Source: Octopus bimaculoides
Taxonomy: Eukaryota
Reading direction: 5' to 3'
Length of the DNA: 64,000 bases
Assembly: GCF_001194135.2 (NCBI RefSeq)
Contig: NC_068984.1
Span: forward strand, 32,693,131 to 32,757,130
This document shows positions 38,557 to 52,159 of this stretch, in pieces. Made by a program: the position numbers and the translations under genes. The number at the start of each line of letters is the position of its first letter. Position 1 is the stretch's first letter. The notes beneath the pieces were generated by a model. It was not told the DNA's origin, did no database searches, and saw only the letters and a program-made list of their open reading frames with translations.

Positions 38557-40959
38557 TGTGTGTGTGTGTGTGTGCTGAGGTATTTGGTCAATTAGCTTGT
38601 TGGGCACGTGATTATAAAGTAGATTCAATTACTGGATCGCGGAATGCATTGTGGCCATAAGCAAGGTGCATCATTTCACGCTGATTCTATCAACTCAGGT
38701 GCAACTAAGTACTAACAGATCGATGGTATAGCTCTCTCTCCCTCTCTTCCTCTCTCTCATTTTTCTCTCTCTATCTTTCTTTCACTCCTCAACATATCAC
38801 ATCCTTGATATTCTGCTGGGCGAAGGGTAAGAAGTCCGTGAGTGTATTTATGTTCAGCACTGCAAGTATACTTTTCTGCCCATTCACTTGAAGCTTCTCG
38901 GGGTACTCCCACCAACCAAAAAAACAACAACAACAACAACAAAAAAAAACGTATACACGATTTTACATTCTCAACTTCGAACAAAGAAATAGAATACTTC
39001 TACTACAGGGACAGTACGCAATACTTTTTATAACGTGCAATCTACTTTCGACGATTATATGTGATGTTGTTAACAGCAATACCATCCACAACAACACTAT
39101 CAAATCTGTCATTAATGGATACAGAGGCCGTAAACAATCACTTTACTTGATCTTTATATTTATGCCAAAATGTATTGGACTGCTATTAGAAAACTCTTTA
39201 GAAAATATTTCTGTCGGCTATATGAAGCGGTTCAAGAACTATTGGAATGAAATCCCACCCAACTTAAAACACATCTAAAACCGCTTCTACTGCGGGCATA
39301 TTTTGCCACCCGAAAAATAGTTGTCACAAATATTGATTGTTTTTCTTTTTGAACTCTTGTAATGTTTGTCGGTTTTCTAAAGACATGAAAATCCAGTGAA
39401 AATCTGCTTTAGCAGTGATCGATGAAAATCTTAACAATCTGTCGACTTAATCGCTTCCATCATCACGATCACAACCACCGTTCTCATTAGTTCCATCATC
39501 ACCATCGCTACCATCCTAACTATCACTCAACACTAATTTATCTCTGTATCAAAACAAATAGGAAAGAAATGACTAAAGAACATATACAATTTTTTTAATT
39601 TTAAATATATGATTGCAGTCTTGAAAGTTTTTCGAAATTCTCGAAAATATCATTAAGCAACTGATCATATTGACGAGAGTTGGAAAAATTCCAACGACTC
39701 GCAGGTTGGAGGTTATTGGTAATATCGTTAAAGAAAACATGTGATAACAAGTAGTGGACAATCAATATTTCTTTGCACACAGATTCTGTCACTTAAGAAC
39801 AACACTTATGTCATACTTACATTGTGCGTGGTAATGAAATTAGCCGACATGCGTCAAGCAGGTGGATAGCAAAGCGAGACGTACACACTAACAACTGTCT
39901 CCACAGAGTAGACTTTTAGACATTATTATAAGGTAAATAATAACTTCCCTATACATCAAATACGACCTAATAAAATACTGATTAAAAATTGCGGAGGTTC
40001 TAGACTTCACTTTGATGAGAGGAGTGTAATTTAAAGTATAGTCTCAAGATCTGGGCTAGTAAACCGAAATTTAACACTCTTGTCTGTATCCTACAATCTT
40101 TATATCAGGCATGAAATAAACAAAGTATTTCTGTACAATGAGTTTCTTCACTGGAAAAGATTAAGTCCTTTTGGTCCAAGTCCTAGGTGAAGAATGAAAA
40201 AAAATTAAAATAAACGATTTCGATTATAAAGCATCGTGGATTTACACACAATCTGAACAGAGTCTGCCAGACATTCTGTTCAATGATATAAAAGATTCGT
40301 CAAGGCACAGTTTTCGATTGACATTTTGTTTTTAAACCCGAATGACTGGTAGACGAAATTCACTTCATAGGGTTTTGAACATAGAGAACGAAGATTTAAA
40401 ACAACTACCACGATGCATTCAATCCCACGATCGAAGGGCGCTGTCAATTTGCCGTTTTATCAACGCTAATGTTTAACAAAGGAATGAAAATTTTCTTAAA
40501 AGTTGTGGGTTAGTTGTAGAAAAGAGAAGACATTAGAACGAAATTTATTAGTGTAAAGGAAGATGGAATTGATATGCAAAACTGTTTGGTTGTTAAAGTG
40601 CAGTCAAATCTTGCAGCCAAGAATAAAAATACATTCTTGGCAGAAAACTATAGCTCTATTGTTTGCTTGGACATTATTTATAAATTTTATACAAGTTGCT
40701 GAAAATCAATTACCTTAGACCATTGCAAGCCCAACAACACAGTGACTGATGAGCAACCAGGTATTAAAAGGAAGTGTAGGGTGTGCCAGCAATGTTTTTA
40801 ATTAAAAGAAATATTGTTTTCAGTGAAATGAAAATGCCGTAGGAACCTCGTAACTGCAAGACATGATTACAATAGAACAAAAAAACAAATAAAAAGAGCA
40901 AAAAGGTTTGAAGCTATTCTTCACCCCTCATTTCAGGAATTCCTTCAGTTTGAAAAATA

Positions 40960-41140
40960 ATAGTTTGAAATTTTAGCACAAGGCCAGCAATTCTGGAGGC
41001 TGGAATAAGTCAATTGCATCGATCCCAGTGTTCAAGTGGTACTTATTTTATCGATCCCAAAAGTATGAAGGTCAAAGTTTACCTTTGCGGAAACTGGTAC
41101 TCAGAACATAAACACGGACAAAATGCCACTATGCATTTTC
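40960..41140 (-). mobile_element. SINE family C (Deu/Nin-like), degenerate
   Basis: GGTACTTATTTTATCGATCCCAAAAGTATGAAGGTCAAAGTT...ACTCAGAAC matches the other family C copies. Confidence 0.65.
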
Positions 41141-41849
41141 AAAAATAACACCTGTTGCGAATTCGTCAAACGTCATCATCACTGTCGTCATCATCTTCAT
41201 CATCATTATGCTCATCATCGTAATCGTCTCCGTCATCGTCGTCGTCGTTGTCGTCATCAATATTGTGGTGTCGTTGTCGTCGCCATCGTTTAACAGATAA
41301 CAATTTCGAAAGCATTACTTGAAAGAAACGATGTGCTTTTATATATTTTGAAACTGAATTTATTGTAATAACTGTCGCAAAATTCCGGTTTCTATTTGAC
41401 TGGTTCTACACTAACAAAATCACGGTTTTAACGCATAATTGTTTTCTTACTGTACTTCGAAATGGACACTGGGATAAAGTAAACTAATTTCATCCTTAGA
41501 ACGTTGGAAAACAGTTTCCCAAATATAAACATCAACGATTTTCTTGTTTATTCTGTTCCATGGAATAAGAGCTACAAATATCTGAATAATAAAACTGTAA
41601 TATAAAGGTGATGAAAACAAAGACAGAGAGAGCAAATTGAATGAATCCAAAAGTTTTAAAAGATGTCAGTCGGAACATTTTACAACAAAATAACACCCAA
41701 CAATGCCTCTACAACATCGGTACCAATATTTATTGCTCTTGGCCGGATTATATAAGAAAACTGCAATAATTGTTTCTTTATTGCTTTATCGATGCACGGT
41801 ATTACCTGCATCAATACTGCTGCATAGGATTACCTTAATCAAACCTTGC

Positions 41850-42802
41850 TCAGGAAAGATGAGGGAGTGGAAAAGAGGTTTTAAATCAAGTCAGAAAAAC
41901 TTCAAAATAACTACATCGGGATACCGTCGGGGGAAGTTATGAAGCAAATAGAAGAGACAGGCTATAAGTACTTGGGGATATTAGATATGGATAAATTGAT
42001 AGAGAAAGAAATGACAGAAAAATTTAAGATGGAGTACTTGCGCAGACTGAGACTGGTGCTTAAGTCGAAGTTAAACGGACGGAAGAAAATTGAAGCTATC
42101 AACACCTAGGTGGTTTCACTCCTTAGATATGGAGTGGGGGTAATCACAGGGACAGTAGATGAACTAAACAACTTAGACAGAAAGACACGGATGTTTCTGA
42201 CTAGATATGGGATACTCCACCCACAAAGTGACGTGACACAAACAAACTGTATGTACCAAGAAAAGAGGAGGGATTGGATGCGAACACAGCTTTAGAGAAG
42301 AAGAAATCAACATAGCATGGCATGTAAAAAATGCCACAGAACTGTTTAGACTGGAAGGAATAAATGAAACTGAAAATAGGTGGATAGAGAATAGAATACA
42401 GGGACAATTTCATAGGGATGTTGAAGATGAGACAGACAGAGGGAAAATATGTCTATGGATGACTAAAATGATTTAAAACCGGAAACGGAGGCTCTAATCT
42501 GTGCTGCCCAAAAGCAAGCAAGAGAACTAATTACATCAAATACAGAATAGAAAACACATCAGAAAGTGATAAGTGCAGAATTTGTGAACAAAATAGTGAA
42601 ACTGTAAGGCATATTACCAGTAAATGTACGCCACTAGCCCAGGAAGAATATAAGAGGCGTCACGACAACACAGCAAGGACTGTCCATTGGGCACTTTGCA
42701 ACAAGTATGAACTTGACAGAGCAAAAATGTGGTATGAACATAAACCCGAAAGCATCATCGAAAATGATAATGCCAAGATCCTATGGGATTTTATGATTCA
42801 AT
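41850..42802 (+). mobile_element. R4/Dong-like (restriction-like endonuclease clade) non-LTR retrotransposon fragment
   Basis: GYKYLGILDMDKLIEKEMTEKFKMEYLRRLRLVLKSKLNGRKKIEAINT*VVSLLRYG...LDRKTRMFLTRYGILHPQSDV (RT C-terminus and thumb). Then KCRICEQNSETVRHITSKCTPLAQEEYKRRHDNTARTVHWALC...KILWDF (CCHC finger with RHD and ILWD motifs). Truncated before the endonuclease catalytic residues; stops and frameshifts present. Confidence 0.85.
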
Positions 42803-43188
42803 TAACACTATGTCTGGTTTCCTATTCTCTATCTCATGGTCACACTGAATCATAAAATCCCATAGGATCTTGGAATCGACCACTTTGGGTGCCATAATAA
42901 TAAACTATCAATGTACTGCCGATTATGTTAATTATGTCATACATTCATGAAAGATACACAAGCAATTAGTAGCTGTCCAAAAATGTCATCAACGTATTAA
43001 TTTCGTATGCAAGATGACATTTTTACCAGAACAATGCCGTCTACATGAAGAACTTCTCTGCGAAAAATATTAAAAGAATATATTATTTTGCTATTGCTTA
43101 TATCGATATATTGCAACATAAGGAATATTAGTCAATCTTTTTCAACAAAACTTCTTCCATTATATGCAACTACAACATGCCTGAAATA

Positions 43189-43405
43189 CGAGAAGGTACT
43201 GAAAAGTTTCCGGATTTAAAGGTATCGCGAAAGGTCTGGTTGGAGGCCCAAATTCCGAGTTCTTTTACAGAGCTTAGAAAATCTGAAGGGCCGCCGAAAT
43301 AAGCGTGTGAATCTGATAGGGGTATACATTGAATAAAATCATAATTAACTGATTCTCCTGTATTTTCTTTTACCCAAAACCAGGAACTTTTCAGCGTCTC
43401 CCGCG
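43189..43405. mobile_element. mariner deletion derivative (MITE), about 217 bp
   Basis: Degenerate TIRs CGAGAAGGTACTGAAAAGTTTCCGG and CCAGGAACTTTTCAGCGTCTCCCGCG with TA flanks. Internal AAGCGTGTGAATCTGATAGGGGTATACATTGAATAA resembles the transposase C-terminal codons. Confidence 0.65.
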
Positions 43406-44070
43406 TACTTTCATGGAATGCAAAAAAAAATTATACAGGAATGTGGAGGTTGCCTTCATAGCGCTCTGTGAATATTTCTTTCAAAATTAATGAGGACAAT
43501 CTCTAATCAGATTATGAATTTACATGTCCCCATATTCATTGGTAGTATTTGTTTACTATGTTATTAAATGTTTACGAAATAATTTCGAAAGGCTGGAGAT
43601 ATATATGTGGAGCAAAGAAGATTTGAATACACAGTCTGGTAATTCAATCTGTGGGCAGGAAAATGAAAATAAATAATATTTTCGTAACTTCAACATGTAA
43701 TTTGTTTTAGCTTTTGATAATGTTAGAATTTGTCCGCTTCTTTTAAACAGTTATAAACTAGACACATAAATGAGCACACAGACATAAATCTACGCACCCA
43801 TACTGTCTCTCTCACACGCAAGCATGCAGACAGACAGACACACATATATGTGTATGTATATGTATATGTGTGTGTGTATATATAATTATATATATATATA
43901 CACGAATTATTTTATAATTATATACATAATTATAACTAGGGTTCAGCTTAAAGCATCACCTCGTACTGCTAATAATAGACGTTAAAGTCTTTTTTTTACT
44001 ACCTTAAAATCTCCGAGAAAAACACAATGCGAGCAAGTAAAAGAAAGATAATGAATCGAAACAATGCTTA

Positions 44071-44132
44071 ACCGAAGACGTGTTTCGAACTCAAAGTAAA
44101 AATAATTTTACTTACTGTCTCATCAGTACGGT
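44071..44132 (-). ncRNA. type I hammerhead ribozyme motif with minimal stem III
   Basis: Minus strand reads ACCGTA CTGATGA G-ACAGT-AAGTAAAA-TTAT-TTTTACTT-TGAGTT-C GAAA C-AC-G-T-C TTCGGT. Core CUGAUGA and GAAA, G-C closing pair of stem II, GUC cleavage triplet, and stem I with 5 of 6 pairs. Confidence 0.65.
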
Positions 44133-44651
44133 ACTCCTTAAAGTATAAATTTAGGAGTATTTCAAAAATATGCACTTGATCATGCGACATCAAGTGTACT
44201 GTATCCAATTACACTTGCAAAAAAGATTTACTGCCGCGTTTAATTCAAAACTCACTTTTATACCCACGTGTGTTTTCATATTTCAGACCGCAGTTAATGC
44301 CGTTTCGATCATGGAGTGAATTATATATGCATATGTGTATTTATGTATGTATATAGATGCGTGGTGCGTTTATATACATACACGCAGATAATACACATAT
44401 ATGTACATGTATATTATAAGTTTGTATGAATATCAGATATAGTTGTTAAGAAATTCAATTCGCAGCCACGTTGTCCTGGTGCTCATTTCTTCTGGGTATG
44501 TCTAGAACTATCGCTAATATCTTGTGAGTGAAATTCGACAGACAAGGAGTCCGCAGGAACTCACGAAGTATTTAAATGCATCAAATTTCGCCAAATAAAT
44601 ATTTGGCAGTAAACATATATAATTCATGCAGCCAAAAGAGTTTCTGTAATA

Positions 44652-45918
44652 CGTTCGACTGAAAAGTTCATAGGTTGACCAAGAATGAAACCAAATAAGT
44701 TTTATTTTTTAGCATATTCCCTCTTCCTCTCCACACACTTCTATCGATGTTGCAGATTTTGGATCTCATTGGTGGAGAAGCTTTCATTTTGTTGGTAAAA
44801 ACGTCATTAACAGCAGGTTTGACGTCATCATCATTGCGATACTGTTTCCCAGCCAAATGCTTTATCATATTAGGAAACAGCCGATAGTCAAATGGGGCTA
44901 AATCAGAAGATTATGGAGGGTTATTAACTGGTTCAAAGCCACAGTAAAGCACAGAAGCCATGGAAACCAAGGACTTGTGCGCTGAAGTATTGTTCTCATT
45001 AAACAAAACTTCTTTCGTCAATTTTCCTGGGTATTTGGTCTTTATAACCTTTCGTAACTGCCTCAGCAAATTGGCATAGTACTCTCCATTGCTGGTGTGG
45101 TCCTTTTCAAGATAGTCAATAAACCCAATGTCTTTTGCACCCACAAAAACTAAGGCTGTCACCTTCACTGCAGATGAAACAACATTGGACTTCTTTGGAG
45201 CCGGTGAGGGGATGTTTCCACTTCGTTGATAGTCTCTTTGTCTCTGGATGAAAATTATGAACCAAACACTCATCTAGGATTAGGAAACGTTCACAGAAAC
45301 CAAATAGGTCTGCCTCAAACGATGTCAGATTTTCCCGTGATGTGATTGACCGGATACACTTTTGATCAGAAGACGACATGGCACCCACCGAGCAGAAACC
45401 ATCATTATGCCAAGTTCTTTGCGTAGAATATTCTCAACTCTCTCATGGGATATGCTAATAGCATGGGCTATTTGATTTAAGGCCAGTCGCCTGTCATCCA
45501 TCACCATGTGGTGAAAACGATCAATGTTTTCATCGGTGGTGGTAGATGCAAGATGTCCAGACCTGGGGTTATCTTCAAAACTCTCTCTTCCTCTGCTAAA
45601 TCAAACTGCCCACCTTTGCACTATTGATAAAGTTGGAGCATCATTCCATAATATAACAAGCATGTCAGTATGAATGTCTTTGGGTAATAAACCCTTTTTC
45701 TGCAAGTACTTGAGAACAACATGATGCCAAATTTTGCCAATTTTCAAGAGAGGTCACTACTAGTTACGTTTGAAGTGTTTCTTGAATATTCAAATGTAAA
45801 CTTACCTAGATAGAAACAAATTGTTATTAATAAAAAGAGCGAAAATAACGCAAGCAAGATTTCACAGCTCTAATATCAATCCTTCATATACAGCCTATGA
45901 ATGTTTAGCCCACCCTCG
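44652..45918 (-). mobile_element. full-length decayed mariner (DD34D-type) transposon, about 1.27 kb
   Basis: Frameshifted transposase: KYLQKKG...DAPTLSIVQRWA...GRESFEDNPRSG...MVMDDRR...VSARWVPCRLL...ILDECLVHNFHPETKR...IDYLEK...NENNTSAHKS...DLAPFDYRLFPNMIKHLAGKQY. Degenerate TIRs containing CTGAAAAGTTCATAGG at 44652-44680 and 45891-45918. Confidence 0.92.
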
Positions 45919-48150
45919 CAGTAGCAATTCAGGTAGTTTAGAATACCGATATTGTTATTGTTCATACTTTGCATGTGTCATTTTGTCATTTTTATTGACA
46001 ATATGAATAATTGTTTTATACCATCTAGAATAATTGTTTATATTGTCCTGATAGTTATGCGTAAGAAAGATCTATAATGTTTAGTTTTTGTTGCTATAGT
46101 AATTTCTTAATTTTATTTCTATATTTCTTTCTTTATATATTCATTTATGTGGTTATGTATATGATTCTGTCTGGTAAACTCTAACCCACAGTCTTATTCT
46201 GTAAACAAACTCATTGGTTCAGGAGTGGTGGGTGTGATAAAAGCGGCAGTATATAAAAATATATAAAAAGGTCACAAACTTTTATGCTGTGTTATTAACA
46301 ATCAAATACTGTCTTCTTCAGTGATGCAGTACTTCGTTTTCCTGATTTGTCCGTCAAGGGCTATTTAAATAGACTTATCGGTATCATTACTAACTGCAAA
46401 GAACTAACAAGTAATACCCAGCAAAGCCATCAGTGAATTAATTTCCATTAGAGCTTACATGTGCAGCTGCAGTAAAGTGCCCGACTGATTACCTTGATAT
46501 CAAGACAGTCGTTTATCACATTGCTAAATCAATCGTTTGTCTAATTACTTGATTTAGATAATTACATAAGTAATTTTGAACGTCTTAAGATCATCATTTG
46601 TCGAACCTCCATCCTTTACTTGTTCAAAGTCTTTTGATTAGTAAACCTTTCTACAATACTTTTGAGATTATTCGCAACAGCCCGTATTCATCTAACTTAA
46701 CCACTTATACAAGATGTTACCAAATAAAGTATTATAAAAGTGTTGCACCATTGAGGTACCTTTCCTTTGCACATACATAAACGAGTATCCATGAGCTTTT
46801 CAATCAACTTAACACCCACTACTTACTCTTATTAGAGAACTCACTTGAAAGAGAAAATAACTATTCGTTAACTCTACCATTTGTAGGCTTAAGCTTTCTC
46901 ATATATATATCAGAATGATATGTTTGCTGGTTACCAATAATTCATCGAATTTATACATTTAAGAAGTGCTTTTAAGCCAATTGTGTGCCATTGATCTCCA
47001 ATAATAGAGTTTTCTTTACTTCTTCTTCATTTATTGTTTTTTGAAAACTATTGGCTTCTTTGACTTAAATTCGATATTAACAATTAACGAAGATTTCTAC
47101 AACGAAACGTTAAGCTTCCAAATGATAATCTCACTATAGTTGGTTACGCTGACCTCCTTAATCAGGGGACATTCTTAAGGAATACGAGCAAATCTTCAAT
47201 ACAGTTAAAATCGTAAAAATTACATTTGCTGCATAACTTTCCTTTCTAAGCTTTCTCACACAAAATAATTTTTACGCTGATGATATCAGAATAAGAAACA
47301 AACATTTCCAAACTTATCTCCTGTATCTGATGAGAAAAGAAAAATATTAGTTATAGACAAATGAAGATTTTATGTCATCTTTATTTATTTCTAGTTAGTT
47401 TTAACCCTTTGTTTTAAATGCTGGCACCAATTTACTTATTGATAATGACCGTGATTTTTACCTAGATACTGATAAATTAAACACATATTCTCCATTGAAC
47501 ACAATTTTATATACAATCAAAACTGTGACATTTATTTGATCAAAACCATTTTAAGAACGAAGCCAATATACCCCCCACCACTCCCTTAAACACTATCCAT
47601 AAGTACATCAATAAAATTTTGAAAAGGTTAACACCGGAAATATTTCTTTATTGAAATTGAATTATATATGCACCATAGAAAACGGCCATAGAAAACGAAC
47701 GACTTGTTTAGTTGGATATCTTGTTAAAGGAACATGAAGTATTATCTCTCAGAAGACAGAGATGTAATACTTCTTTTATCTCTTGATTATTTCTTGGAAA
47801 TTCTTTAGGTATTTTGACCCTATATAAAATGACTTCGACTCTGAGACTTGGAATGGTATTATCGTGCACACATCGAAAGAAAAAGCAGATAGCACAACCA
47901 CTATTAATATTTAGCGAGGCTGCTTTCATTATCACCGATTATGTATGTATGTATGTATGTATGTATGTATGTATGTATGTATGTATGCATGCATGCATGC
48001 ATGCATGTATGTATATTTGTATGTATGCATGTATGTACCTATCTATATGTATATAGGCATACATGTATATATATATATGTGTGTGTATGTATAAACATAC
48101 ATACATGCATACACACACACACACACACACACACAAAAACACACATATAT

Positions 48151-48500
48151 AGGTGTAGGTGTGGTTGTGTGATAAAGACGTTTGCTTCCCAACAACAAGC
48201 TTAATTATCCTTGGGCAATTGTCTTCTATAACGTCGGGCAACCAAGGCCTTGTGAGTGGATTTGGTTAACGGAAATTAAAAGAAGCTCGTCGTAATTCAT
48301 ATGTGTGTGTGTGTGTATGTGTATGTTTGTCAACCACCACCGCTTGACACCCAATGTTGATGCGTTTGTGCCACCGTAACTTAGCACTTCGGCAAAAGAA
48401 GCTAATAAAATCAGTACCAGACGTAAAAGAAGTACTGGCGTCGATTCACTTGACTAAAATTCTTCAAGGTTGTGCCTCAGTATGCCCGCGGTCTAATGAC
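48151..48500 (+). mobile_element. SINE family B, diverged copy
   Basis: AGGTGTAGGTGTGGTTGTGTG head, CCTTGTGAGTGGATTTGG, internal (GT)n tract and CCGTAACTTAGC...CGGCAAAAG body. Confidence 0.75.
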
Positions 48501-48570
48501 ATGTATGTATGTATGTTTGTTTGTATGTATGTATGTATGTATGTATGTATGTATGTATGTATGTATGTGT

Positions 48571-48947
48571 GGAGGCGCAATGACCCAGTGGTTAGGGCAG
48601 CGGATGCGGTCATAGGATCGCGGTTTCGATTCCCAGACCGGGTGTTGTGAGTGTTTATTGAGCGAAAACACCTAAAGCTCCACGAGGCTCCAGCAGGGGA
48701 TGGTGGCGAACCCTGCTGTACTCTTCCACCACAACTTTCTCTCACTCTTACTTCCTGTTTCTGTTGTGCCTGTATTTCAAAGGGCCAGCCTTGTCACACT
48801 TTGTCACGCTGAATATCCCCGAGAACTACGTTAAGGGTACACGTGTCTGTGGAGTGCTCAGCCACTTGCACGTTAATTTCACGCGCAGGCTGTTCCGTTG
48901 ATCGGATCAACTGGAACCCTCGACGTCGTAAGCGACGGAGTGCCAAC
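48571..48947 (+). mobile_element. tRNA-derived SINE family A, copy 2
   Basis: GGAGGCGCAATGACCCAGTGG A-box and GGTTTCGATTCCC B-box. Colinear with 4341-4710. Confidence 0.88.
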
Positions 48948-50648
48948 ACACATGTAGGCATGTATGTATATTTTTGTATATATAGATATAAACACTTTAG
49001 GAAGGTTGAATAATTTGTAGTTAATGGCAAGTTTGCATTATCATTCTAAAATATCCCGAACTCTGTTTAGCGTAGCATCATGGATTAGTATCATCTGTCA
49101 TGATGGCAAGACTTTTCAGTTTTTAGTTATTCCTCAGAACTCACGTGAATTAAAATGTCATGTGTGCGGTTTCAAATCGAATTCTCCAGACGGAAATAAA
49201 ATATCATTTTTGGATCACACAGTCGATTCGTCTTCATAAACTTTCTATGAAACCCCGTTTTCATTCAGCCTGAGATGCAGTTTTTACTTCCGTCTCCGAG
49301 TACATTTTCCATTTCATTTACGTTTGCGTCAGATCGGCCATCGAAATAATCTCTAAATCTATCTTTTGAAGACATAAATATATTTCGTGCAATGTAATGC
49401 AAGGTCGGAAAATAATTTTTATTTTATACTTAAATTCAATCACACAAGCGCACACACATGCACATAAAGTCTCTCTCTCTCTCTCTCTCTGTTTCTCTCT
49501 CTGTTTCTCTCTCTCTCTCTGTTTCTCTCTGTCTCTCCCTATGTTTCTCTCTCTCTCTCTGTTTCTCTCTCTCTCTCTGTTTCTCTCTCTCTCTCTGTTT
49601 CTCTCTCTCCCCCTCTCTCTGTCACTCACTTCTAACTCACACACACACACANNNNNNNNNNNNNNNNNNNNNNNNNNNNNNNNNNNNNNNNNNNNNNNNN
49701 NNNNNNNNNNNNNNNNNNNNNNNNNNNNNNNNNNNNNNNNNNNNNNNNNNNNNNNNNNNNNNNNNNNNNNNNNNNNNNNNNNNNNNNNNNNNNNNNNNNN
49801 NNNNNNNNNNNNNNNNNNNNNNNNNNNNNNNNNNNNNNNNNNNNNNNNNNNNNNNNNNNNNNNNNNNNNNNNNNNNNNNNNNNNNNNNNNNNNNNNNNNN
49901 NNNNNNNNNNNNNNNNNNNNNNNNNNNNNNNNNNNNNNNNNNNNNNNNNNNNNNNNNNNNNNNNNNNNNNNNNNNNNNNNNNNNNNNNNNNNNNNNNNNN
50001 NNNNNNNNNNNNNNNNNNNNNNNNNNNNNNNNNNNNNNNNNNNNNNNNNNNNNNNNNNNNNNNNNNNNNNNNNNNNNNNNNNNNNNNNNNNNNNNNNNNN
50101 NNNNNNNNNNNNNNNNNNNNNNNNNNNNNNNNNNNNNNNNNNNNNNNNNNNNNNNNNNNNNNNNNNNNNNNNNNNNNNNNNNNNNNNNNNNNNNNNNNNN
50201 NNNNNNNNNNNNNNNNNNNNNNNNNNNNNNNNNNNNNNNNNNNNNNNNNNNNNNNNNNNNNNNNNNNNNNNNNNNNNNNNNNNNNNNNNNNNNNNNNNNN
50301 NNNNNNNNNNNNNNNNNNNNNNNNNNNNNNNNNNNNNNNNNNNNNNNNNNNNNNNNNNNNNNNNNNNNNNNNNNNNNNNNNNNNNNNNNNNNNNNNNNNN
50401 NNNNNNNNNNNNNNNNNNNNNNNNNNNNNNNNNNNNNNNNNNNNNNNNNNNNNNNNNNNNNNNNNNNNNNNNNNNNNNNNNNNNNNNNNNNNNNNNNNNN
50501 NNNNNNNNNNNNNNNNNNNNNNNNNNNNNNNNNNNNNNNNNNNNNNNNNNNNNNNNNNNNNNNNNNNNNNNNNNNNNNNNNNNNNNNNNNNNNNNNNNNN
50601 NNTATATATATATATATATCACTATCTTGAAGAACTTTAGACGAAGAG

Positions 50649-50968
50649 ATCGACCCTAATTTAGTTTTAAAGCCTGGTACTTATTCTATCGGTTTAATTT
50701 GTCGAACCGCTATATTACGGGGATGGTAACAAAACAACATCGGTTGTCCAGTGGTGATGGGGTGCAAATATAGACACACACACACATGCACACGCACATA
50801 AATACAACGAGCTTTTTTCAGTTTCTATCCATCAAATCCACTCACAAGGCTTTGGTCGGCACGAAGCTATAGCAGAAGACACTTTCTTAAGGTGCCACAT
50901 AGTGAGATTGAATCCGGAACCATGTGGTTGGGAAGCAAACTTCTTACCACATAGCCACGCCTGCGCTT
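50649..50968 (-). mobile_element. SINE family B lacking its 3' tail
   Basis: CAAATCCACTCACAAGGCTTTGGTCGGC...CCGGAACCATGTGGTTGG...CCACGCCTGCGC matches 17303-17741. Confidence 0.8.
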
Positions 50969-52159
50969 GTTATGTATATAACCTGCATTCATATCTACGC
51001 CTTTATTGCTGCGTATAATTTCCATTCAGAAGTTTTTACAGAGAGATTCTCTAGTTATCTAACTGTAAAACTTCACTAATTACAACGACAGTAATTCACA
51101 AAGCATTTCTAATATTATGAAATTCTTTACGCAAATTCGGTTTTATTCTTTGCTATGAAAATTTTTGTCCGGAAAGAATTTTATCCAGTGATGTCTCTTT
51201 TATACTTATTCCATGCATAAATGTAGTACAAATTCTTGTCCTATATGTGTGCGTTTCTCCATACTACCGAACTGTTGAAATATCGGATAAGGTATCTCTT
51301 AGTATCTGTTCCAGTTCTATATATTCTGAGAGTAACGCCAGCAACGATTGGAGCGAAACTATATCGGCCATAGGGTGGCGGCCTTTCTCTTGGACAATAT
51401 CGGTGGCGTGGTAAAGAGATACCTGTATGCATGAGCAATTACTAGTCTTCCAATAAAATAAAACCTTGCCCAGGCCTGTGCATACTGATAAAAATGTATG
51501 GTCAATACTGATGGATGAAGGTTTCAGTGCATTTGCTACATAAAGGAAAATGTAATGGTATTAAGTAGGATTTGAAATTGAACCACATTTTAGGTATTTG
51601 TGGTATTATCACCTGTCTTCTATCAAGTTTGATTCATATTTATTAACATTTTATTCCTTATTTTATCTCTTAATGAAATAACGACTGTTCGTAACTCTTT
51701 CAAACTAACTAATAAACAATCAGATAAACGAACGGTGATTAATGTTAACTGCAATCAGTTTTCAATTTAACGTCATCAAATTTAATCATGGACGGCTATA
51801 GACGTCCATATTTAATACACGAAATACACGCAATAGACGACATTGTATCTCAGCGTCATTAAGCATTGCAAGGACAGGTTAGTCTCGAAACATTGTTTAT
51901 CCAATTTATAAATTTACCCAGTCTGACGATCCTTCAACTCAATTTTCTTCCCTCACAGTTAAAATGAAAGAGTAGCCAACAAGAATTCGGTAAAAGTTGC
52001 TTCTGATATCATTAATGTATATCATCCTGCCGAATAATCATGATGATGATCGCTATTGCCTCTTGCTGCGTTATCATACTGATTCTGATTCTCCCTATCT
52101 CCTGCTCCATCTCCTCCTTCTCCACCTCCACCTAAAGCTCTACGAGGCTCCGGACATGG

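Noticed and set aside
40746-40800. Other CTGATGA motifs (here, 14668 and 47328)
   Set aside because: No correctly placed GAAA or flanking stems.
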